Below are positions 8,501 to 15,518 of a DNA stretch of 37,364 nt, piece after piece. Location: the IMG/VR virus record IMGVR_UViG_3300017780_001329, positions 1-37,364 of that record. One strand, written 5' to 3'. A model generated the notes under the pieces. The model worked only from the letters and a program-made list of their open reading frames with translations, made no database searches and was not told the DNA's origin. Origin of the DNA: a virus. Its lineage: Duplodnaviria > Caudoviricetes. How positions within the stretch are numbered: position 1 is the stretch's first letter; each line of letters opens with the position of its first letter. The position numbers and the translations under genes were made by a program.

Positions 8501-11400
8501 ATCCAGTGTTCGCCGAGGGTGGAGAAGTACACATGGCCCTAGGTGGGACGCCCCCGAATACGGGCGGCCAATACGACGCGCCGGAGCCAGAGGGCGGCGG
8601 CTACATCCGCAACAACCTCGGCAACATGTATGCGGGTCCGGTGAAGGAGCTTGTTACAAAGGGCGCGAGCGTAGTTAGAGGCAGGCCGCAGAAGCCGCCG
8701 CGCCTGCCGTCCGAGCCTGCATGGGACCCTGCTCGCGCGTCGGCCCTGCAATACGAGATTGCAGGGGAAGGGAGGGGCGCTGGTCCCCTCGACCTTTCCG
8801 CCGCCGATCAACGCATCCCCAACATCGTTCAGGAGGCCATTCCGCGGCATGATCCAGCGCGTGGCGTTTCACCTCGCATGCAGGACGCCATCAACAATCC
8901 GACAGTCCTGTACGGCATCGAGGACAGCATCAAGAACGGCATGCGGATTGGCGCTGACAGGTGGTACCACAACAACCCGATCTATCAGGCGTTCACGCGG
9001 GAGTTGGGTGGAGAGCAGGGCCACGCTGAGTTTATGAAACTCATGGACTACAACTCTGGCTCGTCGCCGCGATCAAAGGTCCCAGACAACATTCGCAACG
9101 CCAGCTACTATTTCGTCAACGAAGGCCGGGACCCAAGAGATTGGGCAGCGATGCCGCCCAATCCCGCCCCCTACGGTCATTTGGCGCAGGACCTGCACCG
9201 CGCCAACGCTGATCTTGTTCGCATAGGTGAGGGGGACTGGGGCGGCTACGACGTCATCAAGAACCCCAAGCCGCCATCGTATGGCACAAACTTAGGCGGC
9301 AATTTTGAGCCGGTGGCGCTTGACTCTCATGCCTTCAAGAACATCGCGATGAGGTCATGGGACCCGCGTTTTCTTGCGACGAGTCTTTCGGATTTCCTCA
9401 CAGTCAATCCGTTTTCCAAAGATAGTCTCGCCGGGGTGTCTGACGACCTCGCGGGCCGCGCATCGTTTGCTCAAAGATACGGCACGCCCAATGGGCGCAA
9501 GGATGGGAAGTTTCGCATCGACTACGCGCCGCAGAGTCTGGTCAATAGCGGAAGGCTCTCTATGGAAGACGCTCTCGCGCGCCCCGCCCTATGGGACGCC
9601 AAGCCTCGCAACAATGAGTATGCGGCAGGCGAGAGGCTGTACCAGAACATGTCGCGTGACATGGGCCTCGCGCCCGCAGAGGGCCAGTCCGCAGCGTGGG
9701 CCGGGGCCGGGGAACTGACAGGACTGGGCACGCCTGCCGACAGAACCTTCAGTGAAATGTTCAATGAGCGTGTGCTTCTGACCGCCAAGCTGCGCGGCGA
9801 GGACCCACGAGACACTCTTCGCAAATTGATTCGCCGTGAAGCGCCTCTCATGGCAGAAGGTGGCACCGTGGAAGACCAATACCATCCGATCTGGCAACAG
9901 AGCTTCGCTGGTGGTGGGCAGCCGGACAGGCCTCGTTTGGACGGGTTTGGCGCTATGGCCCGAAGCAGGCCCGACGAGTACGACCCGGTCTCCGCCTCCC
10001 AGTACCCGTGGTTGATGGATAAGGAAGACTTCCAGCCAGACTATGGTTTTAGGAATATACGCGATCCACTGGACCTCACCCACAACATGGACAACTCTCT
10101 TCTCTTCCAGTCTCGCGAACCGTTTGAGGGTAGAGGCTTCACCCTCACGCCCGAAGAGAAGCGCGCGAAGCGGCTGGAGCAGCGCGGACTTGAAGCCAAG
10201 CCCGAGTCAGACATCAACCCCTACGACATCATTAGGGCATACGCCCACAGTCTTGGCCAACGGCACAAAGAGTGGAAGCCGTCTTACTCCGGCGAGTCTC
10301 TGCCGTGGCAGTTGCTTCAGTCGGCGGGAGATTTAGGTCGCGTCGCATCGAAGTCCGTCACGGGGAACTTTGGCGACACGCTCTCCGCGTCGATGCGTCC
10401 GTGGGACGGATCATACGAAGACCGGCTGATGCAGGAGAACGACCTGACTCGCCAGTCGGAGCGCGACATCCACCCGTTGTTGAAGGACATCACTTCGATA
10501 CCGGCCTTGATCAGCCAGCGTCTATGGGCAGCGCCAGCAATCGGCGATGCCGCGTCCAACCTTGCGACGCCCGCCAACAGCGTGGGTGAGTGGGCCGACA
10601 ATCAGATACGACCCCTCATGGGCGCGCTCAGGAACATGCCCGACGCCCTCAACAGGGCGCGCGACATGCTCTCCGGCGTTCAGCCCGAGGGCCGCATGGA
10701 GCCGGAGTACTACGACCACGGCGGCAGCGTCGAGGACCAGTACCACCCGATCTGGAGTCAGAACTTCAAGGGCGGCGGCGGCGTCCACGACATCCTCGGC
10801 ACGCTGGGCGGTCTTGCGGGCAACCTGATCCCGATCCCCGTTCTCGGCCCGATGATTGGCAGGTTTGCGGGTCACACGCTGGGCAACCTCATCGAGGGCA
10901 ACTCCGACGAGATTGGCGACGACGCCGCCCGTGACTTCAGCTTCGGCATGGCTGACCCGGACACGCAGGGTTGGGAACACGGCGGCCCAGTGGACGACTT
11001 CACGTTCTCCGCAGAGGAGCCGGGTATGCCGTCCTTCGGCCCCGGCATCCCCGGCTTCGACGTCGACATGCTCCCCACCAACCCGCAGATCGCCCGCGAC
11101 AGGGCGGATCGTCAGCGCATGATGGCGCAGGCGGAGCAGGCCTCCCAGCGCGGCCTCGCCCAGCAGATGAAGCCCAAGGACTCGGGCGGTGGTGGTGGCA
11201 TGGGCGACATCATGGGCATGGCAATGAAGATGGCCCCGCAGATCATGTCGATGATGGCGTCGCACGGCGGCCCGGTGGGCCACTACGCCGACGGCGGCAG
11301 CATCCCCGCACCGAATGGCGCGCAGCCTTGGATGTACGGCGGTGGAGCATTGATGGCGCGCGGGGGATACCTGCGGAGCCACGGAGGAATGAATGGCTGA
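5554..11400 (+). CDS. 1948-aa polyvalent multidomain protein (JAB-like, ART-PolyVal-like, second ART-like, ParB-like and glycosylase-like modules) punctuated by [FYMW]xxGG motifs
   Basis: Long ORF between TerL and portal. Motifs: HSHP...PSEGD; YHGSP..FDKF...GEGAQAYG.G.YF; YLRFG...GVSVY...DGEPLL; HEGRHR; WY...SP...VALDSH...Q.AAW. Confidence 0.85.
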   Translation: MPDPRIFAKFARDIAGWYGDVGRTAEKQVLEEAQRYGREAGRFGSPDVDGKGFLSGPLLGKAASVDYSVTRGRDDVGYPPSKSLRPHDSGWNQFREDVNEGVIPGFDMHSHPPLDTSTGWAGPFGSQADIKNAMRRGVAGPLTPSEGDFSVWLRHYNDSIGDFTPRPTLRQTAYIQGSQPRSLLALGSPDFNEDLLPGIDKVAPADLYKIMMEQNAKRGSLYGELRGSSAATDVTKDYGATLPELWAAIHTNRMAQRGVPMTFEDRAPFGNGWLQDAMSDFYKSSDRHGEGYEQGGPVEMETGGGVLRKLIRAYHGSPYAFDKFDPTKIGSGEGAQAYGYGHYFTDKEDIARGYRDRLVGRALPDSSNDDPAFRAYVATQLNGGFDQALEALRSNSYAERNGPVIEALLSGAYRKHEPSRGHMYDVNLGVNPQDLLNWDAPLTDVSSKIRDPLLSVLDKASSIHPNAEGMFRSLYNNKSDLGRYTGRDVYSSLSGPWTPRAKGKEEASSLLFGEGIPGIRYLDGMSRNAGEGTSNYVMFPGTEGRIKINNRYEHGGPVDTPTEGEGGMYGAPDSMFNTPESLAAALYPQHGTAYGGGGKVRRALEKAGQLARDALLGDLPEYKPGEETYLRFGKWPKSERSRNYIEGGREEGVSVYPLAPHGGPPLDWSDSGELDSHRYQRLKGSVFPYSPANPKQDHNHPSFFVQGREVGIGQDGEPLLREVKPLSRDWHSPQVGDNEAAPLSYFRRYDDEPLPGIVKPFDGAFADGGPVHMEYGGILRRASRLGDMMNEITNRHGASQGRRFEQASDSANLEHFSDKGLLNAFGNNSPLLTTMPPGRFEDFATPIPERIINERPYYKWGYHDDADMLSPGQQTYDEYLRELRNVSEYGGGLSEVPYLRLRRGLPFNEVGEHEGRHRQRMLAEMGEPNSLVQLLPGDTSRGLQEGRVERLMKSYFLHGNETPYMPEKSNVYDAFRPMVQFPNPVFAEGGEVHMALGGTPPNTGGQYDAPEPEGGGYIRNNLGNMYAGPVKELVTKGASVVRGRPQKPPRLPSEPAWDPARASALQYEIAGEGRGAGPLDLSAADQRIPNIVQEAIPRHDPARGVSPRMQDAINNPTVLYGIEDSIKNGMRIGADRWYHNNPIYQAFTRELGGEQGHAEFMKLMDYNSGSSPRSKVPDNIRNASYYFVNEGRDPRDWAAMPPNPAPYGHLAQDLHRANADLVRIGEGDWGGYDVIKNPKPPSYGTNLGGNFEPVALDSHAFKNIAMRSWDPRFLATSLSDFLTVNPFSKDSLAGVSDDLAGRASFAQRYGTPNGRKDGKFRIDYAPQSLVNSGRLSMEDALARPALWDAKPRNNEYAAGERLYQNMSRDMGLAPAEGQSAAWAGAGELTGLGTPADRTFSEMFNERVLLTAKLRGEDPRDTLRKLIRREAPLMAEGGTVEDQYHPIWQQSFAGGGQPDRPRLDGFGAMARSRPDEYDPVSASQYPWLMDKEDFQPDYGFRNIRDPLDLTHNMDNSLLFQSREPFEGRGFTLTPEEKRAKRLEQRGLEAKPESDINPYDIIRAYAHSLGQRHKEWKPSYSGESLPWQLLQSAGDLGRVASKSVTGNFGDTLSASMRPWDGSYEDRLMQENDLTRQSERDIHPLLKDITSIPALISQRLWAAPAIGDAASNLATPANSVGEWADNQIRPLMGALRNMPDALNRARDMLSGVQPEGRMEPEYYDHGGSVEDQYHPIWSQNFKGGGGVHDILGTLGGLAGNLIPIPVLGPMIGRFAGHTLGNLIEGNSDEIGDDAARDFSFGMADPDTQGWEHGGPVDDFTFSAEEPGMPSFGPGIPGFDVDMLPTNPQIARDRADRQRMMAQAEQASQRGLAQQMKPKDSGGGGGMGDIMGMAMKMAPQIMSMMASHGGPVGHYADGGSIPAPNGAQPWMYGGGALMARGGYLRSHGGMNG
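9859..10782 (+). repeat. Two-copy internal repeat GG(T/S)VEDQYHPIW(Q/S)Q(S/N)F(A/K)GGG
   Basis: Copies at about 9859-9918 and 10720-10779, seen at both protein and DNA level. Confidence 0.9.
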
Positions 11401-14050
11401 CTCTGACCCGTACTCCCAAGAGGGCCGCGCAAGTGGCGTCACGACCCTCGACACGGCGATCCCCGTCGGCGGCGAGGTCGACATCGCAGAGTCAGGCAAC
11501 GTCGATCTCAATGCGCCGGAGGAGGAGAGCGTCGAGCTAGGCTCGCACTTCGACAACCTCGCCGAGACGCTGGACGCCGCTGAACTGTCGGAGATCGCCT
11601 CCGACCTGCTCGACGCCATCGAGATCGACAAGGAGGCGCACGAGAAGCGCGACCAGCAGTACGAGGAGGGCCTGCGCCGCACCGGCCTCGGCAACGACTC
11701 CCCCGGTGGTGCGAGCTTCGCGGGCGCGTCGCGCGCCACGCATCCGGCGTTGATGGAGGCGGCCCTCGACTTCTCCGCCCGCGTCATGTCGGAGATGTTG
11801 CCGCCCGAAGGCCCGGTGAAGGACTTCATCGTTGGTGAGCCAACCGACGAGAAAGAAGACCGAGCCAAGCGCACGGCGCGCTACATGAACTATCAGATCA
11901 CCGAATTGATGCCTTCCGCCTACCACGAGTTCGAGATGGGCTTCACGCAGTGCCCGCTGGGCGGCGCGTTCTACTCGAAGATGTACACGGTCGACGGCAA
12001 TCCCTCCGTCATGTTCGTGCCCATAGACAAGGTCCACCGCCCGTGGAGCGACGGCGACTTCTACAGCCAGCCGCGCCTCACGCACGAGCAGGACGTAGAC
12101 AAGTACCAGTTTAACGACAACGTCCGCCGCAAGTTGTGGCTCGACGTCGTGGCGGTCTCCTCATCGCCCAGCCTCGACGACCAGACCAAGGCGACGACGG
12201 CCAACGACCGCATCGTGGGTCGTGGCACGCCGACCGAGAACATCGACGACATCCGAGTCATCTACGAAGTGTCGGCCATGCTGCCGTCGCTCGAAGACGG
12301 CGAGGAGGGCGAAGACGCCGATGGCGTGCTGCCGTACATCGTCACCATCGACGTCAACACACGCCGCATCCTGTCGGTCTACCGCAACTGGCGTGAGGAC
12401 GACGAGAACCGCAAGCGTCTCGACTTCCTCGTCGAGTGGCCGTTCTGGCCGTGGCGCGGCGGCATCCCCATCGGCATGACGCAGATGATTGGCTCGCTGG
12501 CCGGTGCCGCGACGGGCGCGCTGCGTGCGCTGCTCGATGCGGCGTTCCTGAGCAACAGCCAGACCGGCATGAAGCTGAAGGGCGGAGCCACGACAGGCGG
12601 CCAGAACATCAGGCCGCAGGTCGGGCAGACCACGGAGGTCAGCGGCTCGCTTGCGATGGACGACATCCGCAAGACCTACATGCCGCTGCCGTTTCCGGGG
12701 CCGTCGCCCGTGTTGTTCCAGTTGCTGGGCTTCCTCGTTGACTCGGCACGCGGTGTGGTCCGCACCACGTTCGACGAGTACGACAAGATGTCGGGCAATA
12801 CGCCTGTGGGCACCGCCTCGATGTTCATCGAGCAGGGACTGAAGAACTTCGGTGCCGTGCATGGCCGCCTGCATCGCTCGATGCGCCGCTTCCTGCGTCA
12901 GCTATGGGAGATCAACTCCCACACGATCAGCAACGAGGTCATCGTCGACCAGTTCGGCGAACTGAACGTGACCAAGGAAGACTTCCAAGGGCCGATGACG
13001 GTGATCCCCGTCAGCGATCCCCGCATCTTCTCCGACATGCAGCGTTCGGCGCAGGCGCAGATGATCCAGCAGCGCGCGACGACCGCGCCTCCGGGTCTCT
13101 ACGATCTGCGGAAGTCGGAACTGTTCTTCCTCAAGCGCATGAACGTGCCCGACCCCGAGCAGTTCCTCGTGCCCGACCCGCAGGCGACGCAGAAGAACGC
13201 CGTGGCCGAAAACGTCGAGGCCTCCCGAGGCCTGCCGATCAAGGCGTACCCCGGTCAGGATCACGAGGCGCACCTCGCCATCCACCTCGCCTACCTCACG
13301 TCGCCGATGTTCGGGTCGAACCCCATCATCGCGATGAAGTACCTGCCAGTCATGCTGGGCCACCTCGCCGAGCATCTGGCCCTGTGGTACGCCGACGCGA
13401 CGCTGATCGCCGCCAACGCGGCCATTCAGGAGCGCGCGGGCGATCCTACCATCACCGTCGAATCGCTCGCCAAGATGAAGGGCGTGGAGATATCGCTCGA
13501 CCGTCTGCTGGCCGAGATCACGCCCGCCGTGCTTCAGCACGCCACCGAGCAACTCGCCGAGGTGACACCAATCATCATGCAGGCGCAGCAGCTTATGCAG
13601 AAGATGGCACCGCCAACGCCGATGGACCCGAGCATCGTCGCGATGAAGGACGTCGAGCGTCAGTCTCAGGCCGATCAGCAGATGGGTCAGGCGAAGATCA
13701 TCGATATCCAGAGCAGGACGCAGATGAACGCGCAGAAGACGCAGATGGATCAGCAGCGGCTGCAAATCCAGCAGAGCGAGGCCCAGCGCAAGGCTGCCGA
13801 GTCGAGCCAGAAGTCACAGATAGACGTGATGATGAAAGCCAAGGAACTCGAAGCCAAGCAGCAGGACGCTCAGGCAAAGCATGAGTCAGAGCAGCAGCGC
13901 AACATGATCGCCGCTGCTGGCATCCAGTCCAAGGAAGGGATGAACGCCGCCGACAACGCCACCGCTATTGAGATCACCGAGATGAAGATCGACTCGGATG
14001 GTGGTGGTGGCAACCTGTCCACTGGTACTGGAATCAATCCCTCACCATAG
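11393..14050 (+). CDS. Portal protein (P22-like, long Gln-rich C-terminal coiled coil)
   Basis: 885 aa. HFDNLAE, ATHPALMEAALDF.AR...E..PP.GPVK, ILSVYRNW, ALRALLDAA, PVGT, IPVSDP, YPGQDHEAH motifs are typical of this podovirus portal family. Position downstream of TerL. Confidence 0.92.
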   Translation: MADSDPYSQEGRASGVTTLDTAIPVGGEVDIAESGNVDLNAPEEESVELGSHFDNLAETLDAAELSEIASDLLDAIEIDKEAHEKRDQQYEEGLRRTGLGNDSPGGASFAGASRATHPALMEAALDFSARVMSEMLPPEGPVKDFIVGEPTDEKEDRAKRTARYMNYQITELMPSAYHEFEMGFTQCPLGGAFYSKMYTVDGNPSVMFVPIDKVHRPWSDGDFYSQPRLTHEQDVDKYQFNDNVRRKLWLDVVAVSSSPSLDDQTKATTANDRIVGRGTPTENIDDIRVIYEVSAMLPSLEDGEEGEDADGVLPYIVTIDVNTRRILSVYRNWREDDENRKRLDFLVEWPFWPWRGGIPIGMTQMIGSLAGAATGALRALLDAAFLSNSQTGMKLKGGATTGGQNIRPQVGQTTEVSGSLAMDDIRKTYMPLPFPGPSPVLFQLLGFLVDSARGVVRTTFDEYDKMSGNTPVGTASMFIEQGLKNFGAVHGRLHRSMRRFLRQLWEINSHTISNEVIVDQFGELNVTKEDFQGPMTVIPVSDPRIFSDMQRSAQAQMIQQRATTAPPGLYDLRKSELFFLKRMNVPDPEQFLVPDPQATQKNAVAENVEASRGLPIKAYPGQDHEAHLAIHLAYLTSPMFGSNPIIAMKYLPVMLGHLAEHLALWYADATLIAANAAIQERAGDPTITVESLAKMKGVEISLDRLLAEITPAVLQHATEQLAEVTPIIMQAQQLMQKMAPPTPMDPSIVAMKDVERQSQADQQMGQAKIIDIQSRTQMNAQKTQMDQQRLQIQQSEAQRKAAESSQKSQIDVMMKAKELEAKQQDAQAKHESEQQRNMIAAAGIQSKEGMNAADNATAIEITEMKIDSDGGGGNLSTGTGINPSP

Positions 14051-14059
14051 GAGACTAAG

Positions 14060-14320
14060 ATGGCTAGAAAGAACCCCGGCGTGCGTTTTGGTCGTCCGCC
14101 GATGACCGCCGCCTCCAAGATGCCCGCCCCGAAGCGCGGCATGGCGGCCCCGATGGGTGCCGCGCCCAGCGACGGCTTCAGCCCCGGCATCCCCGCGGTG
14201 GGCTTCTCACATGGTGGCAGTGCGGGCTACAGCATGCTGCCGCAGTACCATGACGATCCGCGCTTGCGACGCGGCGGCGGCAAGTACGATCCGACCCCCA
14301 AGAAAGGGGGACGCTGTTGA
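14060..14320 (+). CDS. Small basic Pro/Met-rich protein with GG motifs
   Basis: AGGAG RBS; contains FSHGG, LRRGGG, PKKGG. Confidence 0.75.
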   Translation: MARKNPGVRFGRPPMTAASKMPAPKRGMAAPMGAAPSDGFSPGIPAVGFSHGGSAGYSMLPQYHDDPRLRRGGGKYDPTPKKGGRC

Positions 14321-14397
14321 ACGACTACGTCTTCATTCTTGTCGTTGTTGCGTTCCTTGCCGCCATTGGTGTCCTGATTTCCTTGCTGCAACACTAG
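14317..14397 (+). CDS. 26-aa single-transmembrane micro-protein ([26 protein letters not shown])
   Basis: TTG start overlapping the previous TGA, AAGGGGGA RBS, 20 contiguous uncharged, mostly hydrophobic residues; fills the gap exactly; below ORF-track cutoff. Confidence 0.6.
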   Translation: MNDYVFILVVVAFLAAIGVLISLLQH

Positions 14398-14405
14398 GAA
14401 ACCAA

Positions 14406-14540
14406 ATGCCCCTCAAGTCTGGTTCGTCCAAGAAAACCGTCTCGTCCAACATTAGGACGGAAATCAATGCGGGGAGACCGCAGAAGCAGGCCGTCGCCAT
14501 TGCGTTGAGTAAGGCCGGGAAGTCCAAGAAAGGAAAATAG
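14406..14540 (+). CDS. Small basic phage protein ([16 protein letters not shown]...[12 protein letters not shown])
   Basis: Widely seen phage micro-protein pattern; AGGA RBS; ATG 14406. Confidence 0.8.
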   Translation: MPLKSGSSKKTVSSNIRTEINAGRPQKQAVAIALSKAGKSKKGK

Positions 14541-14687
14541 ATGTCTAAGAAAATGACTATGAAGCAGTACGAGAAATCGTCTGCCGACATTCGTGCCGAC
14601 AAGTCAGGTCGCCACGGACCAGAGGGTAGCAAGAAAGACGTTGCTGCCGACCGCAAAGGCCTCAAGGCCATCAACAAGAGGAAGTGA
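14541..14687 (+). CDS. 48-aa basic micro-protein (MSKKMTMKQYEKSSADIRADK...EGSKKDVAADRK)
   Basis: ATG directly after the previous TAG, AAGGA RBS; internal E.S..D...D[KR] repeat. Confidence 0.7.
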   Translation: MSKKMTMKQYEKSSADIRADKSGRHGPEGSKKDVAADRKGLKAINKRK

Positions 14688-14688
14688 C

Positions 14689-14829
14689 ATGGCACCGAAG
14701 TATCCTGACGGCCCGGTGAAGCCCCACAAGAGCATGGCGACTGGTGACTCCTGTGAGGAGGCAAACAGCAAGGCGTTTGGCAGCAAGAAGCCGTCGCCCC
14801 CGAAGAGCGTGGCCAAAGGCGCGAAGTGA
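14689..14829 (+). CDS. 46-aa basic micro-protein (MAPKYPDGPVKPHKSMATGD...)
   Basis: ATG 14689 with GAGGA RBS; stop overlaps the next GTG. Confidence 0.65.
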   Translation: MAPKYPDGPVKPHKSMATGDSCEEANSKAFGSKKPSPPKSVAKGAK

Positions 14830-15029
14830 TCGACCTGTCTGTCGTCTTCCAGATACTGGAGGACATCAAGAGGCAGGCGATTGAGTGCGTGGAAAATCCG
14901 GCAGCCGACCGGCGCGACGCTTTCGAGTTCGGCACGATCAGCGGGATGCTCAAGGCCGTCGCGGCGGCTCGTGAGCGTCTGAACGAGTTTGTTGAAGCAG
15001 CCAACGAGGTGGAACGTGACGAGGACTAG
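14826..15029 (+). CDS. Small helical head-region protein
   Basis: GTGA overlap; 'FEFGTISGMLKAV' helix typical of the small gene upstream of phage GroES-like genes. Confidence 0.7.
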   Translation: MIDLSVVFQILEDIKRQAIECVENPAADRRDAFEFGTISGMLKAVAAARERLNEFVEAANEVERDED

Positions 15030-15510
15030 CAGCGCAGCGACCCCTTTCCCAAAGTCTGTCGCTACTGAAGACTACGCCAAGGCCGTGAGTGTGAGGACGC
15101 TCCTCGGCAATACCTACACCGAGGAACTCCAGTTCGCTTTCCCCGATGTCCCCCCCGGCATCCGCCCCTGCGGATACCTTCTCCTCTGCCAGATCAGGAC
15201 GCCGAAGCGCCGCACGGCCAGCGGCATCATCTTCACCGACTCGACGCGGGAGGACGAGAAGTACCGCGTCCAGACCGCTCTCGTGCGCGCGATGGGACCG
15301 TCGGCCTTCAGGCGTCGCGACAATCTCGAACCGTGGCCCGAGGGTGCGTGGTGTACCCCCGGCACCTTCATCCGCGCGCCGATGTACGGCGGTGATCGCT
15401 TCGTCGTTCCCTACGGCAAGGGCGACGACGAGGCCTTGTTTGTTACGTTGAAGGATACCGACGTAATAGGTGTGGTCGAGGGCGATCCCTTGGCCGTCAA
15501 GACATCGTAG
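15016..15510 (+). CDS. GroES-like co-chaperonin
   Basis: PCGYLLL...RTASGIIF...ALVRAMGPSAF...WCTPG...YGG...LKDTDVIG match Cpn10 motifs; start probably GTG 15016 (ORF track gives 14989). Confidence 0.85.
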   Translation: MTRTSSAATPFPKSVATEDYAKAVSVRTLLGNTYTEELQFAFPDVPPGIRPCGYLLLCQIRTPKRRTASGIIFTDSTREDEKYRVQTALVRAMGPSAFRRRDNLEPWPEGAWCTPGTFIRAPMYGGDRFVVPYGKGDDEALFVTLKDTDVIGVVEGDPLAVKTS

Positions 15511-15518
15511 GAGCGCAC

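Noticed and set aside
5554-11400. Tape-measure protein, virion RNA polymerase or intein-containing protein
   Set aside because: No long helical periodicity, no DxDGD/DFDGD polymerase motif, no intein C..HN termini or LAGLIDADG motifs; the gene set is podoviral
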